A stretch of DNA of 64,000 nucleotides from an uncultured Candidatus Rokubacteria bacterium (GTDB lineage: Bacteria > Methylomirabilota > Methylomirabilia > Rokubacteriales > CSP1-6). Made by a program: the position numbers and the translations under genes. The DNA is taken from assembly GCA_963754315.1 (NCBI GenBank), contig CAVWFS010000008.1, forward strand, positions 288,001-352,000. Direction: 5' to 3'. Position 1 is the first letter of the stretch, and each line of letters starts with the position of its first letter. The notes under the pieces are model-generated. The model did not search any database. It saw only the letters and a list, made by a program, of their open reading frames with translations, and was not told the origin of the DNA. Shown here one piece after another: positions 10,261 through 20,773 of the stretch.

Positions 10261-11862
10261 CTAGTCCGCGGCCGCCGCCGGCGCGTGTTGCTGGGCCGCG
10301 GCACCGGGGGTGGACGTCGCCGCCAGCCGGACGCGGCGCATGAGCGGCAGAAACAGCGGGACCACCGCGAACATCACGGCCAGCAGCCAGAAGTCATCGG
10401 CATAGGCGAGCAACTGGGCTTGCGTCACCGTCTCCCGATAGAGCATGGCTACCGCCTGCCGGTCGGCGGTGAAGGCATCGCTACCCTGGGTCACGAAGTA
10501 GTTCGCCCATCCCGCCAGTCGGACCCGAGTCTCCGGATCCCAGGCCGTGACGTGGCTCACCAAGGTGGCCTGGTGGAACTGGCTGCGCTGCGCGAGCAAG
10601 GTGGTGGTCACCGCGATGCCCACACTCCCGCCGACGTTGCGGAGCATACCGTACACCGCCGTGGCGTTGACGAGCCTCTCGCGCCGGACGGTCGCCAAGG
10701 TGAGCGTGGAGAGGGGGACGAAGATGAAGCCGACGGCAAAGCCCTGGATGAATCGGGGCCAGGCGAGGGCCCAGTAGTCCATACCGAGGGTGAGGGAGGT
10801 CATCATGTAGAGGCTCACGGCATTGAGCAGACAGCCGAAGGCCAGCATCAAGCGCTGGTCAACGCGGGTCACCAGCCCCGAGGCAAACAACGAGAAAATG
10901 TTACCGAGCCCGCCCGGGGCCAGCACCAGGCCCGAGGTCCAGGCGTCGTACCCCAGGAGCTTCTGGGTGAAGATCGCGACCAGTAGCATGCCCGAGAACA
11001 TCCCGAAGCCGACGATGGCGATGAGGGTGGCGCCGGCGGCAAAATTGCGGTCGGCGAACACGGTAAGGTCCAGGATGGGCTCGCTGGCGGTCAGCTCGCG
11101 GATCAGGAAGGCAATGAGGGCGCAGCCGGCAACGATCGACATGCTGACGATCGTCGTCGAGTCAAACCAGTCCTCGCGCTCACCCCGATCCAGGACGAGC
11201 TGCAGGCAGCCGAACCCCGCGACCATCAGGCCGAGCCCCCACCAGTCGATGCGCGAGGCCCGGCGCAGGTAGGGCGGATCGAACAGGAAGGCGCTACCCA
11301 TGAGAAAGCCGACGATCCCGACCGGCAAGTTGATGTAGAAGATCCAGCGCCACGACCATTCATCGGCCAGGTAGCCGCCGACCGTCGGCCCCAGAATGGG
11401 CCCGAGGATGAAACCGACGCCCCACACCGCCATGGCGAGGCCACGCTGGTGGAATGGGAAGATCTCCCACAGGATGGCCTGCGAGAGCGGAATGATGGGG
11501 CCGCCACCCAGCCCCTGGAAGATGCGGGCCACGATGAGCGTCGTCAGGTCGGGAGCGGCGCCGGACGCGAACGAGCTGATCACGAACAGGGTGGAGCAGA
11601 TCAAAAAGAAGCGCTTCCGTCCAAAGAGGCCGGCCAGCCAACCGGTGGCGGGGATGGCCACGGCATTGGCAGCCAGGTAGGAGGTGATGACCCACGACGC
11701 CTCGTCCAGACCCGCCGACAACGATCCCTGCAGATGGGGCAGGATCACGTTGGTCACGCTGGTGTCGAGGATCTGCATGAAGGCCACCACCATGACCGTG
11801 AGCGTGATGGCCCACTTCCGGGCGGCGGAGATCGGCGGCGGGTCCAGTGCCGTGGGCGTCAT
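10261..11862 (-). CDS. DHA2 (EmrB/QacA) MFS efflux transporter
   Basis: ILDTSVTNV, WVITSYL, WRWIFYINLPVG and LDRGEREDWF motifs. Confidence 0.93.
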   Translation of the reverse strand: MTPTALDPPPISAARKWAITLTVMVVAFMQILDTSVTNVILPHLQGSLSAGLDEASWVITSYLAANAVAIPATGWLAGLFGRKRFFLICSTLFVISSFASGAAPDLTTLIVARIFQGLGGGPIIPLSQAILWEIFPFHQRGLAMAVWGVGFILGPILGPTVGGYLADEWSWRWIFYINLPVGIVGFLMGSAFLFDPPYLRRASRIDWWGLGLMVAGFGCLQLVLDRGEREDWFDSTTIVSMSIVAGCALIAFLIRELTASEPILDLTVFADRNFAAGATLIAIVGFGMFSGMLLVAIFTQKLLGYDAWTSGLVLAPGGLGNIFSLFASGLVTRVDQRLMLAFGCLLNAVSLYMMTSLTLGMDYWALAWPRFIQGFAVGFIFVPLSTLTLATVRRERLVNATAVYGMLRNVGGSVGIAVTTTLLAQRSQFHQATLVSHVTAWDPETRVRLAGWANYFVTQGSDAFTADRQAVAMLYRETVTQAQLLAYADDFWLLAVMFAVVPLFLPLMRRVRLAATSTPGAAAQQHAPAAAAD

Positions 11863-11964
11863 TGCTCAGGCTCGTTGATCATCCGCTCTTTCGCCGGGGC
11901 CGGCAAGCGTCGTCGCCATCCGCCCTGCGATAGGATAGATGCGGCCGGAGGAGGAGGATGATCG

Positions 11965-12792
11965 ATGGGGAAGGGGCTCTCGGCATCGGCGGTCGACCAG
12001 TACCGGCGGGACGGATACTACGCTCCGATCCGGGTCATGTCTGCGGATCAAGCTACGCACTACCGCGAGCGGCTGGAAGCAGTAGAAGGCGAGCTGGGCG
12101 GCCCGCTACGCGGAGTCTATCGGGTCAAGCCCCATTTGCTCTTCACCTGGCTGGCTGAGCTGGTCCGCCATCCTGCCGTGCTCGATGCTGTCGAGGATGT
12201 GCTCGGTCCCGATCTGCTGTGCTGGAACAGCTCGTTCTTCACGAAGGAAGCGGACAGTCCTGGTTACGTCTCCTGGCACCAGGATGCCACCTACTGGGGA
12301 CTGAGCGAGCCGGACGTCGTCACCGCGTGGGTGGCCTTCACCGAGAGCACACCGCGGAACGGCAACATGCAAGTTATCCCGGGTAGCCACCGGCACCAGG
12401 CCACCCATGTCGACACGTTTCATCCCGACAATCTACTGTCGCGAGGCCAGGAGATCGCCGTCGACGTGGATGAACGTCAGGCGGTCGACATCGTCCTGCA
12501 GCCGGGTGAGATGTCGCTCCACCACGTCCTGATCGTGCATGGCTCGCGGCCGAACACGTCTGCCGACCGCCGGATCGGCTACGCAATCCGCTACATTCCG
12601 ACGCGCGTGCGGCAGGTGACAGGCCCGCGCGATAGCGCCACGCTCGTGCGTGGTCACGACGCCTTCGGCCACTTCGACCTCGAGCCGCCGCCGGTAGCCG
12701 ACCTCGATCCCCAGGCGCGCGCCATCCATGCCGAGATCAGCGACCGCCAGGTGAAGATCCTTTACCGGGGCACCGCCCGCACGAGCTTCTGA
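11965..12792 (+). CDS. Phytanoyl-CoA dioxygenase family protein
   Basis: SWHQDATYW, NGNMQVIPGSH and HGSRPN..RRIG motifs. Confidence 0.92.
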   Translation: MGKGLSASAVDQYRRDGYYAPIRVMSADQATHYRERLEAVEGELGGPLRGVYRVKPHLLFTWLAELVRHPAVLDAVEDVLGPDLLCWNSSFFTKEADSPGYVSWHQDATYWGLSEPDVVTAWVAFTESTPRNGNMQVIPGSHRHQATHVDTFHPDNLLSRGQEIAVDVDERQAVDIVLQPGEMSLHHVLIVHGSRPNTSADRRIGYAIRYIPTRVRQVTGPRDSATLVRGHDAFGHFDLEPPPVADLDPQARAIHAEISDRQVKILYRGTARTSF

Positions 12793-13208
12793 GATCTCTC
12801 GACAGTTCTCTGGCAAGGCTCTCGCGCGTCACGCGTTTCGACGAGGATCAGATCAGGGATATCGCGGTAATCCGCGGCGTTCAACGTCCAGAGGCTCGCT
12901 CTGGTCATCAGAGCGCAGGCGGCCACGGCCAGGTCGAATTCCCGCTGTCGCGCCCGCGGGAGTACTCGATACAGATGGGCGGCGATGGCCGCCTCGCCCG
13001 GCCCGAAAGGCACCGCCTGGTCCGCCGGGAGGAGCGCCTCCTGATGCGCAATCTCGGATTGCCGCCGCGGCCCCCGCAGCCACTCGTACAGGACGAGCGT
13101 CGAGATGGAGATGCGCTCGCCGGCCTCAAGGAATGCGCGCAGCGCCGGCGCCGAGCGCTTGGGGCCGGTCAGTGCATCGACCAGTGCCGAGGTGTCCAGC
13201 TGGATCAA
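12762..13208 (-). CDS. vapC: VapC PIN-domain toxin
   Basis: LDTSALVD, YEWLRG, DLAVAACA and WTLNAADY motifs. TTG start overlaps the antitoxin stop. Confidence 0.88.
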   Translation of the reverse strand: MIQLDTSALVDALTGPKRSAPALRAFLEAGERISISTLVLYEWLRGPRRQSEIAHQEALLPADQAVPFGPGEAAIAAHLYRVLPRARQREFDLAVAACALMTRASLWTLNAADYRDIPDLILVETRDAREPCQRTVERSQKLVRAVPR

Positions 13209-13495
13209 GACGGCCGACGGCTCGCCTTGTGTCGGCCCCAGCGGCGCCGGGCCGCGCGGATCTCGTCGAGCTCACGGTCCACCTCGGCCGCCGTGCGGGT
13301 GGGGGGCTCCTGGACGATGCGATCGAGGATGGCGAGCATGCGCGCACGTTCCTCGTCGCTGAGCTTGGTGGAGCGCGCCTCGTACTCCTTGATGGCCTCG
13401 CGGACCACGTAGCTTTGCGGTCGCGCCAGGCGCGCCGCGGTCCGGCGCAAGCGGTCGACTGTCTGGTCATCGAGCGTGAATGTGACCTTTACCAT
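13205..13495 (-). CDS. CopG/RHH antitoxin
   Basis: MVKVTFTLDDQT...PQSYVVREAIKEY, directly upstream of the PIN gene. Confidence 0.85.
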   Translation of the reverse strand: MVKVTFTLDDQTVDRLRRTAARLARPQSYVVREAIKEYEARSTKLSDEERARMLAILDRIVQEPPTRTAAEVDRELDEIRAARRRWGRHKASRRPS

Positions 13496-13555
13496 ACCGA
13501 GCCATACTACCATATACAGCCATACACCGAGCGCGTTCGGGCGACGAGCAGCCGC

Positions 13556-15880
13556 CTAGGAAGGTGACCGCTCTGAGGCCGGGGGCGTGAAAACGGTGAT
13601 CGGAGGCGCCTGACCGGCAAAACGCTCCACCTCGACCAAGGCGGTCTGGGCGCTCGAGCATTGCGCAAGCTTCGAGGTGCCCTTGTCGAGGGTCAAAACG
13701 TTAGGGTTGCCGTGCTTGTCGAGGCTGCCGATCTCCGCGGGGTCGAGTGGGTCGAACCAGGCGCCGGTGGCCAGCTGCACGACACCAGGACGGATCGTGT
13801 CCGTCACCACCGCCCCCGCCAGACATGCGCCACGTCCGTTGTGGATCCGCACGACGTCTCCGCTGACGATTCCGCGCGCGGTGGCGTCCGCGGTGTTGAG
13901 CAAGACAGGCTCGCGTTCGGCCACCTTGGCGGCGCGGCTCACTTCCCCGCAGTCGAGCTGGCTGTGCAGCCGTGCCCGCGGCTGATTCGAGAGCAGATGC
14001 AGCGGATAGATCTTGGCTTGCTCCGACCCCAGCCACTCGGCTGGCTCCAGCCAGACGGGATGTCCCGGGCAGTCGTCGTAGCCGTAGGCGGCGATTGTCT
14101 CGGAGAAGAGCTCGATCCGGCCCGAGGGCGTCCGGAGCGGGTGCGCGCCGGGATCGCGCCGGAACGCTTCGAACAAGACGGGATGATTGGCGGGAAGGGG
14201 TAGCTCCACGTGGCCCGCGTCCCAGAAGGCTTCGAACGGCGGCAGGTCGAGGTCGCGCTTCGCCGCTTGTTGCCGCGCGGTGTCGTACAGCTGCCGCAGC
14301 CATTCCATCTCGGTGCGTCCCTCGGTGAACTTGGCGTGAAACCCGAGGCGCTCGGCGAGGGCGCTGTAGATCTCGTATTCGGTCCTGGCTTCGCCCACGG
14401 GGGCGATGGCCCGCTGCATGGCGTAGACGTAGCGGTCCGACGGCGTCGCCTCGATGTCGTTGCGCTCCAGGGTCGTAGCGCAGGGCAACACGATATCGGC
14501 CCGGCGGGCGGCCGGGGTCCACCACGATTCGTGCACGATCACGGAGTCGGGCTTCTGCCAGGCGCGCAGGAGTCGGTTGAGATCCTGGGTCTTGTGGAAG
14601 GGGTTGCCGCCGCACCAGTAGACCAGATGGATGTCGGGATAGGTCAGCCGGTGGCCGTTGAAATCGAAGGCGCCGCCGGGATTCAGCAGCATATCGGCGA
14701 ACCGCGCCACCGGAATGTAGGCCTTGACCGGATTCGCGCCGGTGGGCAGCTGCGGCCGCGGCGCCTTCAGCTGTGGGCTTCCAATCCCCGCGGCCGCACA
14801 GTACCCGAAGCCGAATCCGCCGCCGGGGAGCCCAATCTGGCCGAGCATGGCGGCCAGCGCGATGGCCATCCAGTACGGCTGCTCACCATGGTCGGCGCGC
14901 TGGACGGACCAGCTGGCGGCGATCATCGTGCGGTTGGCGGCCATGCGGCGGGCGAGCCCGCGGATGATCTCGGCTGGAATCTCCGTGATGGCTGCGGCCC
15001 AGGCGGCATCCTTAGGTCTGCCGTCGGACTCTCCCATCACGTAGGCGCGCAGGCGCTCGAAGCCGATCGTATAGGTGTCGAGAAACGCGCGGTCGTGGAG
15101 CTCCTCTGCGATCAGCGTGTGGGCCAGACCCAGCATCATCGCGGCGTCGGTGTTTGGCCGGACAGGCAGCCACTCGGCCCCCAGCGCCTCGGCGGCATCG
15201 TCGCGCAGCGGACTGATGTTGACGAAGGTGACTCCCGCATTGCGGGCCCGCGCCAGCCAGTCGGCGTCCGCGTGGCGGCCGATGCCGCCCATGGTGACCT
15301 GGGTGTTCTTGGCCGCCATGCCGCCGAACAGCACCATCAGCGTTGTGTGCTGGGCGATGATGGGCCAGGGCGTCATCCCGCCGGTCACTGGCTCCATGGT
15401 GCCCACCACGTGGGGCACGATGACCGACGCCGCGCCGAAGCTGTAGTTGGTGATCTGGTTGACGAAGCCGCCGAAGCAGCCCAGGAAGCGGAAGAGCTGA
15501 GCCCGCGCGTTGTGGAAGGCCCCTGCGCTCGCCCATCCCGAGCTAGCGTAGATGGACTCGTTGCCGTGGACGTCTTTGACGCGGGTGAGCTCGGCGGCGA
15601 GCAGGTCGAGCGCCTCGTCCCAGGTCACAGGGACGAACGGCTCGACCCCGCGCCCGGCACGATCGCTCTTCACCCCGCGCTCGAGCCATCCCCGGCGGAT
15701 CATTGGCCGGTCGATGCGACATTCGGCGTGCACCGCGCTCGGCATCGTCTCGATGATGCGACTGGGCCGGGGGTCCTTGGTGAAGGCCCGCACGCCGACG
15801 ACCCGGTCGTTCTCGACCTCGACGTCGTACATGCCCCAGTGCGAGCCCGTGTGAACCAGTCTCCGTCCAGTGCTGCTCAT
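13556..15880 (-). CDS. DMSO/TMAO/biotin-sulfoxide reductase family Mo-bisPGD oxidoreductase
   Basis: HTGSHWG, GWASAG.FH, NYSFGAA (Ser ligand), RLHSQ and GNPNVLT motifs. No Tat signal. Confidence 0.92.
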   Translation of the reverse strand: MSSTGRRLVHTGSHWGMYDVEVENDRVVGVRAFTKDPRPSRIIETMPSAVHAECRIDRPMIRRGWLERGVKSDRAGRGVEPFVPVTWDEALDLLAAELTRVKDVHGNESIYASSGWASAGAFHNARAQLFRFLGCFGGFVNQITNYSFGAASVIVPHVVGTMEPVTGGMTPWPIIAQHTTLMVLFGGMAAKNTQVTMGGIGRHADADWLARARNAGVTFVNISPLRDDAAEALGAEWLPVRPNTDAAMMLGLAHTLIAEELHDRAFLDTYTIGFERLRAYVMGESDGRPKDAAWAAAITEIPAEIIRGLARRMAANRTMIAASWSVQRADHGEQPYWMAIALAAMLGQIGLPGGGFGFGYCAAAGIGSPQLKAPRPQLPTGANPVKAYIPVARFADMLLNPGGAFDFNGHRLTYPDIHLVYWCGGNPFHKTQDLNRLLRAWQKPDSVIVHESWWTPAARRADIVLPCATTLERNDIEATPSDRYVYAMQRAIAPVGEARTEYEIYSALAERLGFHAKFTEGRTEMEWLRQLYDTARQQAAKRDLDLPPFEAFWDAGHVELPLPANHPVLFEAFRRDPGAHPLRTPSGRIELFSETIAAYGYDDCPGHPVWLEPAEWLGSEQAKIYPLHLLSNQPRARLHSQLDCGEVSRAAKVAEREPVLLNTADATARGIVSGDVVRIHNGRGACLAGAVVTDTIRPGVVQLATGAWFDPLDPAEIGSLDKHGNPNVLTLDKGTSKLAQCSSAQTALVEVERFAGQAPPITVFTPPASERSPS

Positions 15881-15927
15881 CGACGTGGCTCCTCCCGAAA
15901 AATGCGTGCCAGGATCCAGTCCGAGTG

Positions 15928-16497
15928 TCAGACGGGACGGGCCGGAGCGACGATCGGGGCAGTCGTGCGGCGACGAAGTCCAACGGCTGCCCCCAGCCAG
16001 TACAGGCCGTAGAGCCCCACGAGGGCGCCAACGTTGGTGACGAAGACCCGGCTGATGATCGACGGCGCGTAGGTCTGCGTCCCGCCGAGCCAGGCGAACG
16101 ATACCGCGAACGTCACGACCTCGAACACCGCGAAGGCCACCACGAGGGCCGCCAGCGCCTGGGTGATTGGTCTCGCGTCGGCAAGGCGCCGGACTGTTCC
16201 GAGAGCGGCGAGAGTGCCCAGAATTGCGGCAGCGCCCAAGAGCGGCGCCCAGGCAAGACTGTTCAGTGTCCACGGATAGCCGAGCACGAGAAATCCCGTG
16301 AGCTGGTTGGCGAGCCAAACGCCAGCTGTCAGGAGTAGCGCGTCCCGCCTGGACAGGGTCAGGGCGGCGGCCGCGCTGAAGGCGGCAAAAGGCGCTGCGC
16401 ACGCAAAGACGGTCGTGAAGGCGACGCTGCCCGCGACCAGGAGAGTCAGCCAGAGCTGATGTCGCCAGCCGGTGATCGAAGGCTCGCTAGTTTGCAC
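15928..16497 (-). CDS. Integral membrane protein of unknown function
   Basis: 5-6 hydrophobic segments; GTG start preceded by AGGAGG. Confidence 0.65.
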   Translation of the reverse strand: MQTSEPSITGWRHQLWLTLLVAGSVAFTTVFACAAPFAAFSAAAALTLSRRDALLLTAGVWLANQLTGFLVLGYPWTLNSLAWAPLLGAAAILGTLAALGTVRRLADARPITQALAALVVAFAVFEVVTFAVSFAWLGGTQTYAPSIISRVFVTNVGALVGLYGLYWLGAAVGLRRRTTAPIVAPARPV

Positions 16498-16563
16498 GGA
16501 CGTTCCCCTCCTGGACTTCCCGATTGCGTTCATCACAACGGTACCGCGTTCGGCGTCACCTGG

Positions 16564-17164
16564 CTAGCCACGGAACTCGTGCCAAGCAGCAGCCAGGGCG
16601 CCGAGCAGGTCCCGCTCACGCTGGTATCCGCGTTGTGTCACAAGGGCGAGCGCCGCGCGCGCCTCGTTCACGGCCTCCAGATCAGCACGATCCAGCAACG
16701 CGCCGAGGTCCACACGGTCCTGCGGACGCGTGCGATCGTCGCGCGACAGCACCTTCAGGGCAACAAGGTGTCCGATGCGTGCGACCGGTACCGTGAAGCC
16801 GGGCACAGCTTCTATCTGGGTCGGCCGCGGCGACGATTTCGGGCTCGATACCGGATACGGCAAAAAGCAAGTCGATGACCGTGCCGAGTGGACTTTCGTC
16901 GGCAGGCGCCAAGCGGACAGTCGCCAGACGCCTCACGGCTGCCTGTTCGATGGCGGCGACGACCCGCCAGCCGCGGACCTGCAGGGCACGAACGAGGGCC
17001 TCGGCGTCAGAATCGTCGGTGACGAGCACCGCGAGATCGGCGGCGCGCGTGAACCGCGGCTCGGTACGGACCGAAACAGCCAGGCCGCCTACGAGGGCGA
17101 ACTGGCGACCGAGAGTCCGCAGGTCAGCGACGATGCGACGGAGAGCGGCCTCGGCGCGATTCAG
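16564..17164 (-). CDS. Nucleotidyltransferase (AbiEii-like) of a two-gene TA-like module (frameshift near 16810-16860)
   Basis: ALVGGLAV...PRFTRAADL, IDLLFA and HLVALKVLSRDDRTRPQDRVDL motifs. Confidence 0.8.
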
Positions 17165-17385
17165 GGCCGTGACGGCGGCCAGGAGATCGGACGGCCCCAG
17201 GCATCGCCGTGCTCGGCGCCCGGGCGCGTCTGAAGCCAGGCGACGAGCATGGCTTCGATCTCCTCGTCGGTGGCGCCAGGATGCTCGCGTCGTAGTTGCG
17301 CCCGTCGGATCGACTCGCCAAGCTCGTACAGGTCGAAAGCTGTACGCAATCGCTCCGCCAGGACATCGGGAGAGTCGTGAACCAC
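17161..17385 (-). CDS. Small partner protein (putative antitoxin) of the nucleotidyltransferase
   Basis: AERLRTAFDLYELGE..LRREHPGATDEEIEA..AWL; the stop overlaps the downstream gene. Alternative start at ATG 17394. Confidence 0.7.
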   Translation of the reverse strand: MVHDSPDVLAERLRTAFDLYELGESIRRAQLRREHPGATDEEIEAMLVAWLQTRPGAEHGDAWGRPISWPPSRP

Positions 17386-17431
17386 GCTCGTCATTGTAGG
17401 ACCCTTCCAAGCCTCGCGGAAGGACTCTGCG

Positions 17432-18238
17432 TCACCCTAGACGGCCTACGAATCCGACGAGATCAAGCGCGAAGCGCTCGGGCTCCTCCCAGTGCAGCGC
17501 GTGGCCGGCATTCTCGTAGACGACGAGGCGCGCCCCGACGATGGCCGCCAGCAGAGCATCCTGATCCGCTCGCGAGCAGAGGGAATCCCGCGTGCCCCAC
17601 ACGACAAGAGTGGGAGCCGAGATCGTCCCGAGCTCTCCCGTGAAGTCGTCCTCGAAGAACCCTTCGAACGCCGCCCGCCACACCCGCGCCGGGACCTTCA
17701 GGCTTTCCCGCACGACAGTGTCGAGGTACAACGGGGGCACCGGCTGGGCAAGGGTGCTCTCTTGGAACTCGCGCACGAAGGCCGGATCGACGGGATCGGT
17801 CAGCCGCGAGACGGTAGATTCCCAGAGTGTCACGAGCTCGGTGTTCGCGCGGTAGGACGCGAACGCGCCTACGAGCACGAGCCCCCGCATGCGTCCGGGA
17901 TGGTCAATAGCGAAGCGCATGGCGTTGGTGCTGCCCATCGAGTGCCCAACGACCAGCACCGGCCCGAGACTCAACGCGTCCGCGAACGCTGCCACATCCG
18001 CCGCGAAATCCCGCGTGCGGTAACCGGCCACGGGCCGACCAGAGTCGCCATGGCCTCTTTGGGTCACGGCGAAGGCGCGAATGGACGTTGGCAGGTGAGG
18101 CAACACCCGCTCGAAGGAGCGCCAGGAGTCGGTGACGCCGTGCAGAAGCAGCATCGGCACTCCCGCCCGGTCGCCCTGCTCGACGTACTCGAGCGTCACC
18201 CGGCCGGGCAGCTCGATCGACCTCGCGATAGGAGTCAT
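17432..18238 (-). CDS. Alpha/beta hydrolase
   Basis: LLHG, GHSMG nucleophile elbow and AGHALHWE. Confidence 0.9.
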   Translation of the reverse strand: MTPIARSIELPGRVTLEYVEQGDRAGVPMLLLHGVTDSWRSFERVLPHLPTSIRAFAVTQRGHGDSGRPVAGYRTRDFAADVAAFADALSLGPVLVVGHSMGSTNAMRFAIDHPGRMRGLVLVGAFASYRANTELVTLWESTVSRLTDPVDPAFVREFQESTLAQPVPPLYLDTVVRESLKVPARVWRAAFEGFFEDDFTGELGTISAPTLVVWGTRDSLCSRADQDALLAAIVGARLVVYENAGHALHWEEPERFALDLVGFVGRLG

Positions 18239-18300
18239 GTCTCTCGGCGGCCTCTCGACGACGAGACTGCCGGTAGTGTAGACGAAGCCAGGAGGGTGCC

Positions 18301-19251
18301 ATGCGCTTCGTGAGCGCCGAGGAGATCCACCGAGTCTTGACCTTCCCCGCTCTGGTCGCGGCCATGGAGGCCAGCCATCGCCGCCCGCGAATCGCGATCC
18401 GCGATCTCGTCATGGGCGAGGAGAGAGCTCACTACTTCGTGCGGTCGGCCGTTGATGCCGGCCGTGTGCTGGGCAGCAAACTCTTCACCAGCTTTCCCGA
18501 CAACCTCGTCGCTGGAGCTCGGGGCGGGCACCCCGTCCCCGCCGTCCAGGGAGTGTACGTGCTGTTCGATGGGACCAACGGTCGCCCACGAGCAGTGCTC
18601 GATGGCACCGAGATCACATGGTGGAAGACGTCCGCCGACTCGGCTCTCGGGGCCCGGTTACTCGCGCCTGACAATCCACACACCTTGCTGGTGGTCGGCG
18701 CGGGGGCGATGGCCCCCTGGCTGGTGCGCGCGCACCGTTTCGCGCGGCCCTCGATACGCCGCGTGCTCGTCTGGAACCGTACACAAGCGCGCGCCGCCGC
18801 TCTGGCGGCTCGACTGGGCGACGAGGGAATCACGGCGGATGCAATCGCGGACCTCGAGGCGGCGGTACGAGGGGCGCAGATCATCACCTCGGTCACGCGC
18901 AGCCACACACCGCTCATTCAGGGATCGTGGCTCGGGCCCGGCGTGCACCTGGATCTCGTAGGCGGTTACACACCGGAGACGCGCGAGGCTGACGACGAAG
19001 CGGTCCGCCGGTCTCGCATCTTTGTGGACCGCCTCGAATCAGCCCTCGATGTGGGCGACATCCAGCAGCCGATTGCAAGCGGCGCCATCCGCAAGGAGGC
19101 CATCCTCGGGGACCTCTACGACCTGGTGGGCGGTGCCGTGCCGGGCCGGCTGGGCGGCAACGACATGACGCTCTTCAAGAATGCGGGCGGCGGTCATCTC
19201 GACCTGATGACCGCCCAGGCGATCATGTCGCAGCTGGAGGCCGACCTCTAG
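18301..19251 (+). CDS. Ornithine cyclodeaminase/mu-crystallin family protein
   Basis: KTSADSALG, GAGAMA and LFKNAGGGHLDL motifs. Confidence 0.9.
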   Translation: MRFVSAEEIHRVLTFPALVAAMEASHRRPRIAIRDLVMGEERAHYFVRSAVDAGRVLGSKLFTSFPDNLVAGARGGHPVPAVQGVYVLFDGTNGRPRAVLDGTEITWWKTSADSALGARLLAPDNPHTLLVVGAGAMAPWLVRAHRFARPSIRRVLVWNRTQARAAALAARLGDEGITADAIADLEAAVRGAQIITSVTRSHTPLIQGSWLGPGVHLDLVGGYTPETREADDEAVRRSRIFVDRLESALDVGDIQQPIASGAIRKEAILGDLYDLVGGAVPGRLGGNDMTLFKNAGGGHLDLMTAQAIMSQLEADL

Positions 19252-19618
19252 CTTGCCACGGCCGCGCCATAGACGATGGCCGGGACGAGGCGCCGGTGGA
19301 CGGGATCGATCGCCAGCCCGAAGCCCTCCAGGTGTAGGCGCCGAGGACGGCGAGATCGCCCGACTCACCGAAGACGCATAGGGTGTGCAAGGTCCGGCCT
19401 TCGAGGGTGATCAGGACCTCGGCCGCGCCCCGGTCGAGCGTTCGCCCCTCGATGGTGAGAAGACGTCGACGCTCCGTGGGCTGGACACCGAGGTCGCGCA
19501 GCACGGCCGCCGACACCCACGTGTACAGCGAGCCGCTGTCGACGAGGAGCTTGACGATCTCCCGCCGAGCGGGCCGTGCCGGCGACGCGAGCTGGACCTC
19601 GGCGAAAAACGTGCCCAT
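19248..19618 (-). CDS. Clan AA (retropepsin-like) aspartyl protease (frameshift near 19335)
   Basis: LVDSGSLYT; LGAYT continues as LEGFGLAIDPVHRRL in another frame. Confidence 0.8.
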
Positions 19619-19774
19619 TGCGGTTAGCTCGACGGTATCACTGGGGAGGGCGAGCGCAAGCGTATCTGTTCAGCGACGTTCAACGGTAGCGCATCGCCTG
19701 AAGACCCCATCTTGACTCTGCGCCCAGGCTGGGGGAGTCTCGCGGGGAACCACCGAAGGCCACGGAGGGCGGTC

Positions 19775-20761
19775 ATGGCGGAGCGAGAGTTGACCTACGG
19801 CGAGGCGGTCCGCGAGGCGATCGCGGAGGAGATGCGGCGCGACTCGCGTGTGTTCCTCATCGGGGAGGATGTGGCGGAGGCCGGCCACCCCTTTAAGACC
19901 TTGGTCGGCCTGGTGCAGGAGTTCGGGACCGAGCGAATCATTGACACACCCATCTCCGAGCCTGGCTATGCGGGCATCGGCGTGGGGGCGGCCATGACCG
20001 GTATGCGCCCCATCGTGGATGTGATGTTCGGCGACTTCATCACCCTCACCATGGACCAAATGGTGAACCAGGCGGCCAAGGCTCACTACATGTCGGGCGG
20101 CAAGATCAAGGTGCCCATCGTCTTCCGGACAACGTTGGGGGCCACGCGCCGCTCGGCCGCCCAGCACTCGCAGTCGCTCCACGCCTGGGTGAGCCACATC
20201 CCCGGCCTCAAGGTGGCCCTGCCCTCCGGTCCCTACGAGGCCAAAGGTCTCATGAAGACGGCCATCCGCGACGACAGCCCTGTGGTCATCTTCGAGGACA
20301 AGATGATGTACCGGGTCAAGGGCCCGGTGCCGGAGAGCGACTACACCATCCCCTTCGGCGTGGCCGAGATCAAGCGCGCGGGCACGGACATCACCATCGT
20401 GGCCACCAGCAGCATGGTGACGGTGGCTCTCGGCGCGGCCACCATGCTTGAAGAGGCCGGCATCAGCGCCGAGGTGATCGACCCTCGGACGACGTGGCCG
20501 CTCGACAAGCAGGCGCTGATCGACTCGGCCAAGAAGACCTCGCGCGCCCTGGTAGTCGACGAGGGTTACGAGCGCTACGGGGTGACGGCGGAAATGGCCT
20601 CGGTGATCGCGGAGGGAGCCTTCTACCATCTCGATGCGCCCGTCAAGCGCATCGGGGCCATGGACGTGCCGGTCCCGTTCTCGCCTGTGCTTGAGGACCT
20701 CACCGTGCCGACCGAGAAATCGGTATTCGAGGCGGCGAAGGCGCTGTGTAAGAAGGCCTGA
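19775..20761 (+). CDS. 2-oxoacid/acetoin dehydrogenase E1 beta subunit
   Basis: IGEDV, DTPISE, AAQHSQS and EVIDPRT motifs. Confidence 0.93.
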   Translation: MAERELTYGEAVREAIAEEMRRDSRVFLIGEDVAEAGHPFKTLVGLVQEFGTERIIDTPISEPGYAGIGVGAAMTGMRPIVDVMFGDFITLTMDQMVNQAAKAHYMSGGKIKVPIVFRTTLGATRRSAAQHSQSLHAWVSHIPGLKVALPSGPYEAKGLMKTAIRDDSPVVIFEDKMMYRVKGPVPESDYTIPFGVAEIKRAGTDITIVATSSMVTVALGAATMLEEAGISAEVIDPRTTWPLDKQALIDSAKKTSRALVVDEGYERYGVTAEMASVIAEGAFYHLDAPVKRIGAMDVPVPFSPVLEDLTVPTEKSVFEAAKALCKKA

Positions 20762-20773
20762 GGCACTCAGCCG

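Noticed and set aside
19248..19251. Convergent genes sharing a CTAG stop overlap (also 63197-63200)
   Set aside because: A common compact arrangement with no further signal.
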